A DNA stretch of 64,000 nucleotides from Octopus sinensis (GCF_006345805.1 NC_042997.1:186434001-186498000); one strand, 5' to 3'; positions 13,824 through 27,922 are shown, counted from the stretch's first letter. Notes: a model not told the origin generated them from the sequence alone. Numbers and translations are program-made.

Positions 13824-14529
13824 TATATAATATATACATACATACATACATACACATATATATTTATATGATTATATGTATGCATATACATACATATTAT
13901 TGTGTGTGTGTGTGTAAGCAATTATTATGAACTTGGTATCTCGTCTTTCTGCGTTTTTCCTACAACAGGTCTATAAAAGATATTATCTCGGATGAAAATC
14001 ACACTATCTTGCCTATCAATGGTGTACATACATATATAATGTGATACATAGCTGTCAAACTTAACTTAATCCTGCTTCAGTTACGTAAACCGGCAGCTGT
14101 ACACTACATCAGTGAATGCATTATTCATTACTTCCAATATGTCGGATACGACAAATTTTTGTTTAGGGCATGTGGCTGCGAGTACACGTCAGGAAAGCTC
14201 AGGAATGCTAAAGTGGAGCAAGCAATATTGCCGGACGGATTTTTTGTTTCCCTCCGATTTTTTTTAATACAGCACATCTCCGACGAAAACCGCACTATTT
14301 GTCTGTCAATGACGTATATACATTAAATATGATGCTCTGGTGGCTATTTTAATTCAGTGCTTCTTCAGTTGCATATATATATATATATATATATATAAAG
14401 AGAGAGAGAAATGGAAAGAGAGAGAGAGAGAGAGAGAGAGAGGGGGTGAGAGAAAGAGAGATAGAGGGAAAGAGAGAGGGAGAGAAAGAGAGGGAGTGAG
14501 TAAAGTAGATACATAGATAGGTAGATAAC

Positions 14530-15102
14530 TTTCTTTACTGGCCACACAGGGCTGAACACAGAGGGGACAAATACAAACGTAGAGCTTTTCTTTTCGAAAA
14601 TGAAAAAGAAAAAGGGAAAAAGACAGAAAAAAGTAAAATTCCGATCAAAAGGGTTGGACCACCAGTACGACGAAGACTGCCTTGCCTTCCCGGTTGAGAA
14701 GATAGATTAATAGAGGGAAAAGGAAGCACTCCGTCGGTCACGACGACGAGGGTTCCGGTTGATCCGAATCAACGGAACAGCCTGCTCGTGAAATTAACGT
14801 GTAAGTGGCTGAGCACTCCACAAACACGTGTACCCTTAACGTAGTTCTCGGGGATATTCAGCGTGATACAGAGAGTGACAAGGCCGGCCCTTTGAAATAC
14901 AGGTACAACAGAAACAGGAAGTAAGAGTGAGAGAAAATTGTGGTGAAAGAGTACAGCGGGATCACCACATCCCCTGCCGGAGCTCGTGGGGCTTAGGTGT
15001 TTTCGCTCAATAAACACTCACAAACGCCCGGTCTGGGAATCGAAACCGCAATCCTATGACCGCGACTCCGCTGCCCTAACCACTGGGCCATTGCGCCTCC
15101 AC
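14530..15102 (-). mobile_element. SINE family F (C-type head, distinct body, B-like tail)
   Basis: Minus strand starts gtggaggcgcaatggcccagtggttagggcagc...ggtttcgattcccagaccgggcg (shared with family C) and ends ...cccctctgtgttcagccctgtgtggccagtaaagaaa (like the B tail). Confidence 0.8.
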
Positions 15103-15159
15103 AGATTAATAGCTACATACATACACACACATATATATACGTGTATGTAAATCATATGC

Positions 15160-15222
<63 letters not shown>

Positions 15223-15262
15223 GTGTGCGTGTGTGCGTGCAGAATCTATCTTATATATATAG

Positions 15263-15294
<32 letters not shown>

Positions 15295-15316
15295 CACACC
15301 ACACATATATATAATA

Positions 15317-15369
<53 letters not shown>

Positions 15370-15920
15370 TATATATATATACATATTATACACACATACA
15401 TATGAAGTGTTAAATATCTGTCTGAATGGTGGTATTACAAAAACATGTTTTGCATACGCTTGCTCTTGTGTGTGTGTTTATGTGAATATTTGCGTATTAA
15501 ATATTTAATATCTATGAGTATACATGTATGTTTGTATTTATTTATTGTTTTTTGTGTTGTTGCATTTGCTATTTTGCCCATTGTTTTCATCTCTGATTAA
15601 GCAGGTTCACCATCAAAGACATTCCTACAGTCGTAACTATCCTGCCTTTTCTTTTTCAAACATGAAACAGCTAATGATTGTTTGTGATAGAGGCACAAAG
15701 CCAACAGTTTTGTTGACTGTGGAATATTTGATACCGTTGACTCTAGTACATAAATAATACTTTATTTTATCGATAAAAAGGGCGAAATATAACAATATTC
15801 CTAATAAAACTAATAATAAATCTAACAGTAAAAATATGAATAATAATAATAAAAGACAATATAAGACAATATAACAAACTAAATAGAGATAAAAACAATA
15901 TAGCTGTTATTAATCATTAC

Positions 15921-15969
<49 letters not shown>

Positions 15970-16053
15970 TTAATAATAATAAAATAATAATTGATAATAA
16001 TAATAATGATAATAATAATAATAATAATATAATAATAATAAAATAATAATAAT

Positions 16054-16089
<36 letters not shown>

Positions 16090-16098
16090 AATGAGAAT

Positions 16099-16926
16099 AT
16101 GAGCAATAGTATAACACATTGTAAAGTATACAAAAAGAGATATATTATACCTAAGAATAACAATTTAATACCGATGATGTCTACTAATAATGATAATATA
16201 AAAAATATAAAAAATAAAAAGGATATTATATGGTTAATTATTCCGTACGGGGCTCAAGTGATGACTAATGTTATTGAGACACTTAAAATAGTAAAAATGG
16301 TTTTTAAAAAAGACAATAGTTATTCAAATATATTTTCCAATAAAACCATAAGAGTGGGATACTCAACATCGAGAAATGTAGGTAATATCATTTCCTCTAT
16401 AAATAATAAGAAATTAAATAATTATTATAATAGCATAATAAATAATAGCTCTAGCCATAATATAACCGATAGTGATAGAAGTCTTAATCAACATATAGAA
16501 AAATGTTCGTGTCGTGATAAGGCTAAATGTAAACTCTCTAATAATTGCAACGTCGATAATATAATTTATAAATGTATAGTTAGCTCTAAGAATAATTATA
16601 AATAAGGTTTATATTGGATCAAGAGCTAATGAAATTAGAAAAAGAATATCCCAGCACTACCAGACCTTTAAAAATACCAATTTAAGTAAGTTCATAGGCT
16701 TAAATAAATATATATGGGAATTAAAATCTAGAAAAAGTACACCCTTAATTGAAGCATTATAGGTAGAGCCCACTCCTATAATATTGGGAACAAAATGTGT
16801 TTATTATGCATAAAAGAATTTATGAAACTACTACAGTCAAGAGATGAATTATTAAACACATATGATGAACGTAGAGTTCAATGTAGGCACCAAAGTAATT
16901 TTACATTTAGTAATATGAAATACTGA
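16099..16926 (+). pseudogene. Frameshifted Penelope-like linker plus GIY-YIG endonuclease coding remnant
   Basis: ORF 16099-16605 continues in other frames after stops/frameshifts near 16605 and 16760; no RT domain seen upstream, only (AAT)n. Confidence 0.8.
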
Positions 16927-17523
16927 ACCCCCAAACCCTGAATCAAATAACCACATAATTTTATTTCTAAGCACTTGAATAGACTATATAAATAAAATAA
17001 TAATGCAATAATTTAAATAAATATATGAATTAGATATTCCTAAAATTATATAATGACAAATTATATATATCTCCCAATATAGGTAAATTTGAAAATAATA
17101 ATAGAGGATATTTTAAAATTAAAACTATCTATAGAGTAATTACCCCCTTGGTACTAATCACCTATAAATGCCTATAGTTCCCTGCTATCTTCTTCTTCTA
17201 TTCACCATTTTAGTACCAGCAGACAAAGGAAAATATGTATTTGAATTTTTCTTGTTATACATCACATGTAAACACAGACATTTTTATTCTAATGTATAAT
17301 TTTATATCTCACATTCAGTATTTGGCATATACTTGAATTTACATAATTGATATATATATACTAATTCATATTTATAATATATAATTTATAAATTTTAAGT
17401 CTTAATATTACTAAGTATAGTTTTAATTTGAATTTTTAATTCTTAATTTTTAATGTTTAATGTTTAATTGTATTGCTTATTTTTTAAAGGGATGTAAAAT
17501 TAGATATATAATATTGTGAAAAA

Positions 17524-17677
17524 GAACCTGAAGATGTGGTTGGAATAATTGTAAATCTGATGACGTATCTATATATTATATATATATATAATATATATAT
17601 ATATTATAAATATATAAATATACAGTTGTGTATATGTATATATATTGTAATCTTCCAATACGAAACATGTGTAGTTC
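17524..17677 (+). ncRNA. Hammerhead ribozyme motif at the 3' end of the Penelope-like element
   Basis: Stem I GAAC/GTTC; CTGAAGA 17528-17534; stem II gt(gg)ttggaa/ttccaa(t)ac enclosing a TA-rich insert; GAAAC 17662-17666; stem III AC-atgt-GT; GTA triplet 17671-17673. Confidence 0.62.
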
Positions 17678-18117
17678 CTTCATATTTAACAAATTTAAGT
17701 ATTAACTAAAGTAGGAGATAACGGATGAAGTATGATATACACCCTGCTGGTAATTTTGGTTATATTCTTTAAGTATTATTTCGAGATATGCAAACTGATA
17801 CCACGAGTTTACTTTCAGATATACTCATTAGGTTATTTTTTGTATTATCTGAAATAGAATACCCGCATATCGATTAATCCCCCAAAATTGAATTAATATT
17901 GATTTTTATCAGATACTTTGTATATTTATAGATAAATATGTAAATATATGATAAATAAGACTCCAAGATACGATATGTAGATGCATATATTGCTGAAGGG
18001 TTGTACCTGATTGATTTGGAAATTTGGTTTTCCCAAATTATTTAAATTATATATGTGTGTGCATGTGAATGTGTGTGTGAGTGTGTCTGTGCGTGTGTGT
18101 ATCTATGTGTGTGTATC

Positions 18118-18345
18118 TTTGTGTCTGTGTTTGTCCGTCCATTGCCGCTTGTTGATGTGTTTACACCGGTGTTGGTGTGATTACGTCCCCGTAACTTTAG
18201 TGGTTTGGCAAAAACAGACCGATAGATTGAGTACAAAGCTTTAAAAAAAGTCCTAGGGTCGATTCGTTCGACTAAATCCCTCGAAGGTAGTACTCCAACA
18301 TGGCCGCAATCAGATGAGAGAAACAAGTAAAAGAATAAAAGAATA
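18118..18345 (+). mobile_element. SINE family A, 3' half
   Basis: tgtgtctgtgtttgtcc...tacgtccccgtaactttag...aaacaagtaaaagaata. Confidence 0.75.
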
Positions 18346-18499
18346 TAGAAATATGGAATATTAACCATATCTAAAAATCTATAAACACAAAATCGAGATG
18401 ACTCTATATGGTTACTCGTTCTGTTAAAAATAACAGTCAAATCTCGCTTAAATCACATCCGACAGTCTTAAAGTGGATTTATACATTATAAATAAATAA

Positions 18500-18748
18500 A
18501 TGCGCCCTTTTAAAGCCTAGCCAGGCTCATGGGTTCGGTTTCCTGGTTTCTATGGCGTATGTGTTCTCCCGCTGGACGGGACGCCAGTCCATCGCAGCGT
18601 TACTCATTTTTGCCAGCTGAGAGGACTGGAGCAACGTGAAATGAAGTGTTTTGCTCAAGAACACAACGCGTCGCCCGGTCCAAGAATCGAAACTTCAATC
18701 TTACGATCATGATGCTGACATCCTAACCACTAATCCACGCGCCTCCAC
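18500..18748 (-). mobile_element. SINE family E (D-type head/CORE-like segment plus C-type 3' part)
   Basis: Minus strand: gtggaggcgcgtgg...gttgtgttcttgagcaaaacacttcatttcacgttgctccag...ctgcgatggactggcgtcccgtccag...gaaaccaggaaacc. Confidence 0.85.
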
Positions 18749-19414
18749 GATTTATACATTGGATACTGTAATTTATTGCTTGGTACAAGAGGAAAAAAAG
18801 AGACAGGATATCAATGTTGTAATATGTTTGGTCAAATTGATCAGATTTGACCAAGGAGTAAACAACACTAACAAGCAATCAATCAATTAGTCTGACTTAA
18901 TGATCTTTGTTATATATCCTCCGGTCAGCTCTGTTCAAGCAGATCAAGAATCAAAGATATCCCAGTCAAATATTGAGTCCAGGATAAAAGCAACCAGTGA
19001 GTCTTTTATTTTATTTTTATTTTATTAGTGTACTTTATTTATTTGTTTGTTTCGAAAACTGTATAACAGCATTTCTCAACCCTTTTTCTTTCTTTTTTTT
19101 TTTTTACTCTTGGGAAACTTTATTGCATAAAGATCTTTCTTTTATCTTTTATTTGCGTCCGCCATTGAACTTGCGGTCATGCCGAGGCACAGCTTTGAAG
19201 GGTTTCAATCGAACAGACCGATTCCAGCACCTATTTTTTCAGTTTCGTCTCTTTTTGCTGAGGATGTTAACAAACCAACACCGGTTGTCAGGCAGTCGTG
19301 GGAGACAAACGCACACACACACACACACACACACACCACACACATATAGTCAATTCAAATAAGAAAACGAAAAAAACGGATGTGAGGACGTGTACAAGAA
19401 ATGTATTAGCTTGA

Positions 19415-19514
19415 NNNNNNNNNNNNNNNNNNNNNNNNNNNNNNNNNNNNNNNNNNNNNNNNNNNNNNNNNNNNNNNNNNNNNNNNNNNNNNNNNNNNNN
19501 NNNNNNNNNNNNNN
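19415..19514. other. Assembly gap (100 N)
   Basis: Exactly 100 N, typical of an unsized scaffold gap; adjacency across it is not guaranteed. Confidence 0.98.
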
Positions 19515-19809
19515 AATAAATTTCTATATTCTATACAGTTTAGTATTTAAATTCCAATCTATGAAAAATTTCCGTTCTACGATAGTCTTAAAGGAACGAA
19601 AAATTATCTGTGATGAGCCTGAATGACGAAATATGAGTTCGAGTGACGAAATCTGTGATATATATAAGGTTTAAAAAGTAACTTTAAGTAAATACGCGTT
19701 AGACACTGTATTGAAACCTTATTTCCGGGTAAGTCCCAGGTCGTATGTCTGCGGAGCACGTTCACCACTTATGGCTACTAAGCATCATCAGCGATACTTA
19801 CCAAACATT

Positions 19810-19886
19810 GTTGTAATAATTCCAGGAATTATATATATATATTGTGTGTATATATATATATAATATATATATACTACATACATACA

Positions 19887-19925
<39 letters not shown>

Positions 19926-21064
19926 CTTACAATATATATATATATATATATCATACATATATGATATATATATACATATATATATAGGTACATATATATA
20001 TATATTTATACACAAATATACAGATATATATATGCATAAATATATGTATACACATATATATACACATACACATATATGTATATATATATACATATATATA
20101 AATATATACATATATATATTCACATTCATACTTACATACATGCACGCATACACACACATTAATACACATAAGCATACATGCATACATGCACGCATACACA
20201 CACATTTATACATACAAACATACATACATACATACATACATACATACATACATACATACATACATACATAGACATGCACACACAAACACACACACAGACA
20301 CACACAGCTGTTTAAATAAAATAGAGGATGTTTTAGTAGAGTTATATTAGTTATTACTACATGTTACTAACATTGAGGAAACATTAACCTCAGCTAATTG
20401 TGCATAACAATCTTTCAGACATCACTAATAGGATGATATATTAATAAAATTTCAAAAGGCCTTAGACTTCCTTCTTCAGCGGCCATTTTACAGGCGTAGT
20501 ACTTGCTACCAAACGTACATAAGTGTAATAATAATATAATAATAGGATAAATAAAGAGTGAAATGAAAGCCAAAATGAATTGCCACCATTATATATACAG
20601 ATCAGAGGCCGAGATTCAGTTCTTTTTTTCCTCCTATTTCACACCATTATGTATATTTGTATGTGTGTATATGTATATATATATATATAGATATATCACA
20701 CACACACATGCATACATACACGCACATACAGGCACGTACATACACACATCATACGCACGCACAAAGAACTTGTGTGTATGTGTGTGTGTGTGTTTGTGTG
20801 TGTATGTAAGTATAAATGTGGACTCATACTCACTTTCGTACAAACACGCAGAACATTCATGTGTATGTGTATGTATGTATGTATGTATGTATGTATGTAT
20901 GTATGTATGTATGTATGCATGCATGTATGTATGACTGTATGTACGTATGTATGTACGTATGTACATATAGATAGATACATAGATAGATAGATAGATAGAC
21001 AGACAGACATACAGATAGATGGATAGATAGATAGGTAGAGAGATAGATAGATAGATAGATAGAG

Positions 21065-21143
<79 letters not shown>

Positions 21144-21257
21144 CAGATAGGTATAACACTTGCTATGTTTTGTTTTTTAATATATAACTATATCTATACA
21201 TTTATATGCTTAAATGTATATGTATATATTTGACATATAGACATGTATAGACACATG

Positions 21258-21314
<57 letters not shown>

Positions 21315-21460
21315 ATGTATATATGTGTGTGTGTTTATTTGTTTATTTATCTATATATTTGGATATATCTACACATACATACTTAAACATACACACTCAC
21401 ATATGTGAGTGTATATATATATATATAAACATACATACTTAGATACATACATGCGTATGT
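19810..21460. repeat. Large compound microsatellite region (TA, TACA/TATG, TG, TAGA)
   Basis: Directly visible; interrupted by a short unique stretch at about 20310-20640. Confidence 0.9.
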
Positions 21461-21950
21461 GTGTGTGTGTGTATAATTATATATATTTCTGTTGACTTAT
21501 CCCTGCAAATTACACCAGCTTGTGCTTCGTGATAATCATTGCTAGGTCCCAAAACATTAAACTATGCCTTTTTCAAAAGGCCTGCATTCCACAGGACTGG
21601 GCAGTAAATGGTCGAAAATAGGGTGGCATGACAATCACAAAGATTTGCTCACTTGGCAATATATAATGAATTTTGTATTTACATGACATTTTTACTTTTC
21701 TATTCCCTGCATTCTCTCTTCTACCACCACTTCCTCTGTTTTTGTCCCCCACATCCTCTCCTACTCTCGAGCTGCGGCTATAACTATTCATACGTGTATG
21801 CGAGTGTATGTGAGTGCGACTATCCCTGTAAAGGCTTTCTATTATGAATATTTCCCTATGTCTACTCAGCTGTCACTTAATCAATTGCTCTTTTGATTAT
21901 TCTAACCGCTCTCTTACTCTCACTTCATTACTTTCCTCCTTTTCCTCTCT

Positions 21951-22001
<51 letters not shown>

Positions 22002-22067
22002 ATAATATATATATATATATACTAGTACATATATATAAGATATATATATATATATATATATAATATA

Positions 22068-22105
<38 letters not shown>

Positions 22106-22293
22106 TTCCTCCCTGCCTATATATATATATATAATGTGTATGCATATGTGTGCAGATATGTGTGTCTCGCCATATTTCTGAGTAAACCCAACGCTATTTC
22201 CCTGCCTTCAGTTATCCTGTACAGGAATTTCTGATTAGTTGATGCCATCTGTCTCTTGATATACGCATGTATTTGTGCGTGCGTACATATACA

Positions 22294-22324
<31 letters not shown>

Positions 22325-22336
22325 TTATTATTATTA

Positions 22337-22367
<31 letters not shown>

Positions 22368-23155
22368 CATCATCATCATCATTAGCAGTAATAGCAGCAG
22401 TAGCTGTAGCAGTAGCAGCAGTAGCTTATTCTTGAAACTTAATTTTGGGATTTGTCGTGTTTATCGATTATTCCATCGGCTGAGGCAGGAAAGAAGCGTG
22501 AGACTACTTCAGCAAAAATATTCGCGAACATATCGAAATACGATTGTTTAATATCACATCAAGACTTGATTAATGTTGGCAAAAGGTTTTTAGAAAATGC
22601 GTTTGACATTCGTCTATTCCGTTGTCATGCGCAAAATACATAATATCTGCATCTATTCACGTTCAAAAATTTGATATTTTCATATCTTTTGTATTTCGTG
22701 TATTCAACAAATATAATCAGGGAAAGCGGCCATTGTTAATGAAGTTTTAGCTTTGATGGGTAAATGGTTTCTTTAATTACACAGCCATTTTCCAGTGAAT
22801 AACAAATCCATTATGTAGGAAGTATGCGATTTTATTCAGTAGGTGATTAGAAAGCCCTTAATTAATAGTGATAGAAGTATCCGAAGGAATTCACTCATTC
22901 TGTTCTTTTTTTTTTTTTTTTTTTGGAAAGTCGTAAATGTCTGTTGCAGACTGTTTTACATCTCTAAGAGAAAGAGATCGAATCTTCAAGGATTATTAGT
23001 GTAGGAGGATATGTGTTGTACAATGAGCCAATTGTTTTATAATCGTTTGTCTTTATCCTTCTTTAAATTCCAGATGTATCTGGAGAGTAAAGTACAACTT
23101 CCAAAATTTTTTAATATATGCTTTTGACGAACATTTTTTAGCATTTTCTCGGGAA

Positions 23156-23204
23156 GTGAGAAAGTCTCTAAAACGATTCGAGCCTACGCTTTTCGACAGA
23201 AAGG
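23156..23204 (-). ncRNA. Degenerate hammerhead-like motif with CTGTCGA core (same family as 53212)
   Basis: Minus strand cctttCTGTCGAaaagcgtaggctcGAATCGTtttagagactttctcac aligns to 53211-53256. Confidence 0.4.
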
Positions 23205-23742
23205 AACACAGAAATAAACAGGAAGGGAAAATAGAAAAAGGCTTAGTGCCTATCTATATGGCTTATTGTTTCATACTTATCTGCCAAAAAGAGCTCATAT
23301 TTCGGAAATAAATCTGTCGTTGAAGACAGAGATATTTCCTAAAAGTTTTCACTTTATTCAGCCACTTAAGTCTCGCTATTTATATTGCGATGTCTTCTTC
23401 ATTTGTAATGGTCACGCGAAATTCTGAGATAAGTTTCGATAAGGTTCAACTTCTAATGAAATGTGCATGTTGCATTTCATCTATTGAGTATATCTTCCAT
23501 GTTTATAAACATCAACGATCACGAACATATATGCATGTGTATGCAGGTGTATGTAGTTATATATATACGTGTGTATAAAGGTTAATTGAAAGCGCTCACA
23601 CACCACAAAAGAAACTTCTTCCTGATAAAAGATTTCATAACATCTTAGGAAAATAATATTTTTTTAAAATCACCTTTACACTTCAAAACTGAATTAATTG
23701 TCATAAATTTTCAACACACACCACATCTATTATATATAATAC

Positions 23743-23774
<32 letters not shown>

Positions 23775-24407
23775 TTTTACAGGATGAGACAAATGATCTT
23801 GGGCGAAACGACTTTCGTGATATGTCTGGTTCGTTAGAACTGACTTGCGTCTAAACAGCAACAACAGAAACATACATATATACCATTCTACCTTTCTCTT
23901 TCTTTTTATTTCTCTTTTCCCTCTCTCTCTTCTCTCTCTCTCTTTTCTATCGTAATTTTCAGTGTCATTAATGATAGTTTCAATGATGGTTTAAACCTTA
24001 TTTCTAGCAGACAGGCATATTTTTATGTGCTCTCATGATGTATATATATAAATATAAGATCCAGGGATCGAGGTGAAGGAAGAAACTTAGCAGCAAGCAA
24101 TGCGTCAACATGTACTTCCTTGCGACAATGTAACTTTTAATTTAATCAAGATATCCTTGGCCTAATGAATAGCCTGCGGTATACACCTTGATTGGATATT
24201 TACCACTTCAGAGGTTCCACACGCTATGAAACATATGTAGCCCAAATCTTACCCACTCCATTCCGCATCTGTTGTATGTATATATATGAGTGTGTGTATA
24301 CATATATATAATAATATATATATATATAATATATATATAGAGAGAGAGGAGAGAGAGAGAGAGATAGATAGATAGATAGATATGATAGAATAGATAGATA
24401 GATAGAG

Positions 24408-24442
<35 letters not shown>

Positions 24443-24505
24443 CAGACAGAGAGACAACAGCAGAGAGACAGACAGATAGATGATACATAGATGATAGATA
24501 GATAA

Positions 24506-24597
<92 letters not shown>

Positions 24598-24630
24598 CAG
24601 ACAGCTAGACAGACAGACAACAGATAGATG

Positions 24631-24685
<55 letters not shown>

Positions 24686-25321
24686 GAAGAAAATATATGC
24701 CAACATATTTAACATATTAGCATGTTGAATGAACCAATAAGTTTTAATCACTTAAACTTCCTTATGTGGTAAGAAGAAAACTCGTAATTTTAATGATTAA
24801 TTGTTATAATGAATGACAGGTAGATAATACAGATATTTGAATCAGTTAAGAATCATAATTAATTAAAGATAAAATACAATGAACAGTGTTGTGTTTGGTA
24901 GTATGGTGACAACACCGGATACGTTTCGGCATTATCATACCTCATCAGTGAAGCATATTTTAACGAGTACAACTAGACGAAAAATGAATTCGGTTATATA
25001 ATTGAACTTTTAATGAATAAACACGTATTGGTATAACTTGAAATATATAGATATTGATAAATACCCAACGGCTTTATCAGCGTAAAAATCAAATTATAAA
25101 GTAGATGCTTAGAATCTTCAGTACATTATTCAACATTTCAATATATATATTTATGAAAATAGAACACTAAACATATTCCCCTACATATCAACATCTCAAT
25201 CGATTGATATATCAAATTGTCAGCATATTAGTCTGTCAACTTACCTATCTTCTAGCGTATCTATTTATCATCTACATCTCAATCTTTCAACATATTAATC
25301 TATTAATGTATCTGACCTAGT

Positions 25322-25936
25322 TGACGGAGAGCTGGCAGAATCGTTAGCACGCCGGGCAAAATGCTTACGTTCCATTTTTACGTTCTCACTTCAAATTCCG
25401 CCGAGGTCGACTTTGCCTTTCACCCTTTCAGGAACGAAAATATAATACCAGTCTAGTACCAGGATCGATGTAATCAACTTATCCCTCTCCTCAGAAATCA
25501 CTGGCCTTGTGCAAAAATCTGAAAGCAATATATAGGTAGAGTCGTGGCTGTGTGGTAAGAAGCTTGCTTTCCAACCACTTGGTTCTGGGTTCAATCCCAC
25601 TGCATGGCACCTTGGACAAGTATCTTCTACTATAGCCCCTACCCGACCAAAACCTTGTGAGTGGATTTGGTAGACGGAAACTGAAAGAAGCCCGTCAAAT
25701 GTATGTATGTATTTATGAGTGTGTATCTTTGTGGTTATGTTTTACACCTATCCCTCACATTCGCTTGACAACCGATGTTGGTGTGTTTACGTACCCGAGA
25801 CTTAACGTTTTAGCAAAAGAACCGATAGAAAAGTACTAGGCTTACAAAGAATGAGTCCTGAGGTCGATTTCTTCGACTAAACCTTTTAGTACAGTGCTCC
25901 AGCATGGCTGCAGTCAAATGACTGAAACAGTTAAAA

Positions 25937-25941
<5 letters not shown>
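25322..25941 (+). mobile_element. SINE family B (tail type 2) immediately followed by a family A copy
   Basis: B about 25322-25525; A about 25535-25941. Confidence 0.85.
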
Positions 25942-25970
<29 letters not shown>

Positions 25971-26298
25971 GCATGTCTGGTATACAAAACAGAAGTAGTA
26001 TGAAATTAGAATAGCCATCTATGAGTCATACATAATGTATATACACTGTTAACAGGCAAAGGTAAGTTGGTGTGGTATTTGTCCTGAGATAACATCTCTT
26101 ACGGGCATGCAATGTTTAAAAACACTATGTATAAAGAAAGATGACGAAAACGTCACAACAACTGCAGGCAATAATGCCAGATGTATTTCGGTCTTTCCAG
26201 GTCTTGAGACTGAACCCGAAACTCTGTGGGTGGGAAGTAACCTTCTTACCACAAAGCCACGCCTGCATATATCATATATTATATATAAATATATATAT

Positions 26299-26464
26299 AG
26301 GCGCAGGAGTGGCTGTGTGGTAAGTAGCTTGCTAACCAACCACATGGTTCTGGGTTCAGTCCCACTGCGTGGCATCTTGGGCAAGTGTCTTCTGCTATAG
26401 CCTCGGGCCGACCAAAGCCTTGTGAGTGGATTTGGTAGACGGAAACTGAAAGAAGCCTGTCGTA

Positions 26465-26525
<61 letters not shown>

Positions 26526-26732
26526 GTTTGTGTGTCTGTGTTTGTCTCCCTCTAGCATTGTTTGACAACCGATGCTGGTGTGTTTACGTTCCCGTTACTT
26601 AGCGGTTTCGGCAAAAGAGTCCGATATAAAAGTACTGGGCTTACAAAGAATAAGTCCCGGGGTCGATTTGCTCGACTAAAGGCGGTGCTGCCAGCATGGC
26701 CGCAGTCAAATGACTGAAACAAGTAAAAGAGT
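26299..26732 (+). mobile_element. SINE family A, well-preserved copy
   Basis: aggcgcaggagtggctgtgtgg...gggttcagtccc...gactgaaacaagtaaaagag. Confidence 0.92.
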
Positions 26733-27496
26733 GAGAGTTATATATATATATATATATAATATATATATATATATATGTATATATATGAATCATGTACCTC
26801 TAACTTACCAACGTATCAATACATTATGTATCACTGTTAACACCATCAGTCCATTTACATATATCAATATATCTACATTTCCTTCCTGTCTCATTCCTTT
26901 TCTCTTTCCATAATCATCTCACTTTCTCTGCCTCCTCCTTCAATATCCCTACCCAATCACCAACCCCACCCACTCCACTACACAAGCTTTACTCCCCCAC
27001 ACACACCTCAGCTGCCATCCCTGAAAAGAAAATTGCTTAACTATCACAAGTTTCCGTTTTCCTCTCCTTTATTCCCTCTTTGTCAATAAATTATCGCTTC
27101 AGAAGGGGACACCTATTTCATCAAACCGCCCACGCAAATGGCTTTTTTTTTTATTATTCTTTTTGTTGCTTTTTTTTTAATTTGTTATACATCCTTTCAT
27201 CTGTTTGTTACATCGTGTTCCTCATTTTGTGCAGCTTCCTGTTGTTATTAAACTCTATTGTTGCCGCTGTTGTTCCTTGAGTGTACCCTTAGATCAGCTT
27301 AGGTCGAACACACACCTTTGATTCAAGATCTTCCAGCCTTGTATATCAGCGACTAACCCAACACTGTACATTATACCTTCTTTATGTATATATATACATC
27401 TTTTATCTTTTGTCTTTTACTTTTATCAGTCATTAGGCTGACTGAGCCTTGAATTTTTAGTCGAATAAATGAATCGACCCCAGTACTTCTTTTTCA

Positions 27497-27797
27497 GTGG
27501 AGGCACATGGCCTAGTGGTTAGAGCAGCGGACTCGCAGTCGAGGGATCGCGGGTTCGAATCTCAGACCGGGTGATGTGTATGTTTATGAGCGAAACACCT
27601 AAGCTCCACGCGGCTCCGGCAGAAGGTAATGGCGAACTTCTGCTGATTCTTTCGCCACAACTTTCTCGCACTCTTTCCTCCTGCATCTTGCAGCTCACCT
27701 GCGACGGAACGCTGGTCCGTCGCAGGTGGGGAACCTATACGCCAAGGAAACCGGGAAACCGGCCCTTATGAGCCAGGCACGGCTCGAAAAGGAACAA
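27497..27797 (+). mobile_element. SINE family C, inserted into a decayed minus-strand family A copy
   Basis: tRNA-like head TGGCCTAGTGG / GGTTCGAATCT; nearly identical to 59764-60059; A-like sequence on both sides (about 27410-27496 and 27798-27920). Confidence 0.9.
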
Positions 27798-27922
27798 GCC
27801 TGGTGCTTATTCAAACGGACTCTTTAGCTGAACTTATGGGAATGCAAACACGCCAACACTGGTTGTCAAGCAGTGGGTGAAGGTGAGAGACAGATAAACA
27901 GGCACAAAGACGCACACATATA

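Larger units (their letters stand above)
16099..18045 (+). mobile_element. Decayed Penelope-like retroelement (GIY-YIG endonuclease region plus pseudo-LTR)
   Basis: IIWLIIPYG...IRVGYSTSRNVGNIISS..., CSCRDKAKCKLSNNC, IIYKC..(frameshift)..VYIGS, KRISQH, KYIWELK, SYNIGNKMCLLCIKE, LLN...CRHQ; ends at TGA 16926; hammerhead motif downstream. 3' boundary approximate. Confidence 0.85.

Noticed and set aside
13945-14060. Acceptor-like tttttcctacaacag followed by a short open frame (SIKDIISDENHTILPING...)
   Set aside because: No convincing donor, no homology, and stops in all frames within about 100 bp.
19605-19645. gtgatgagcctgaatgacgaaat motif
   Set aside because: Core and stems are too degenerate to call.
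27497-27570. tRNA-like sequences (also 36843-36915, 59764-59835 and family A heads)
   Set aside because: A/B boxes are present, but they run straight into repeated SINE bodies with no complete cloverleaf or terminator; these are SINE heads, not tRNA genes.
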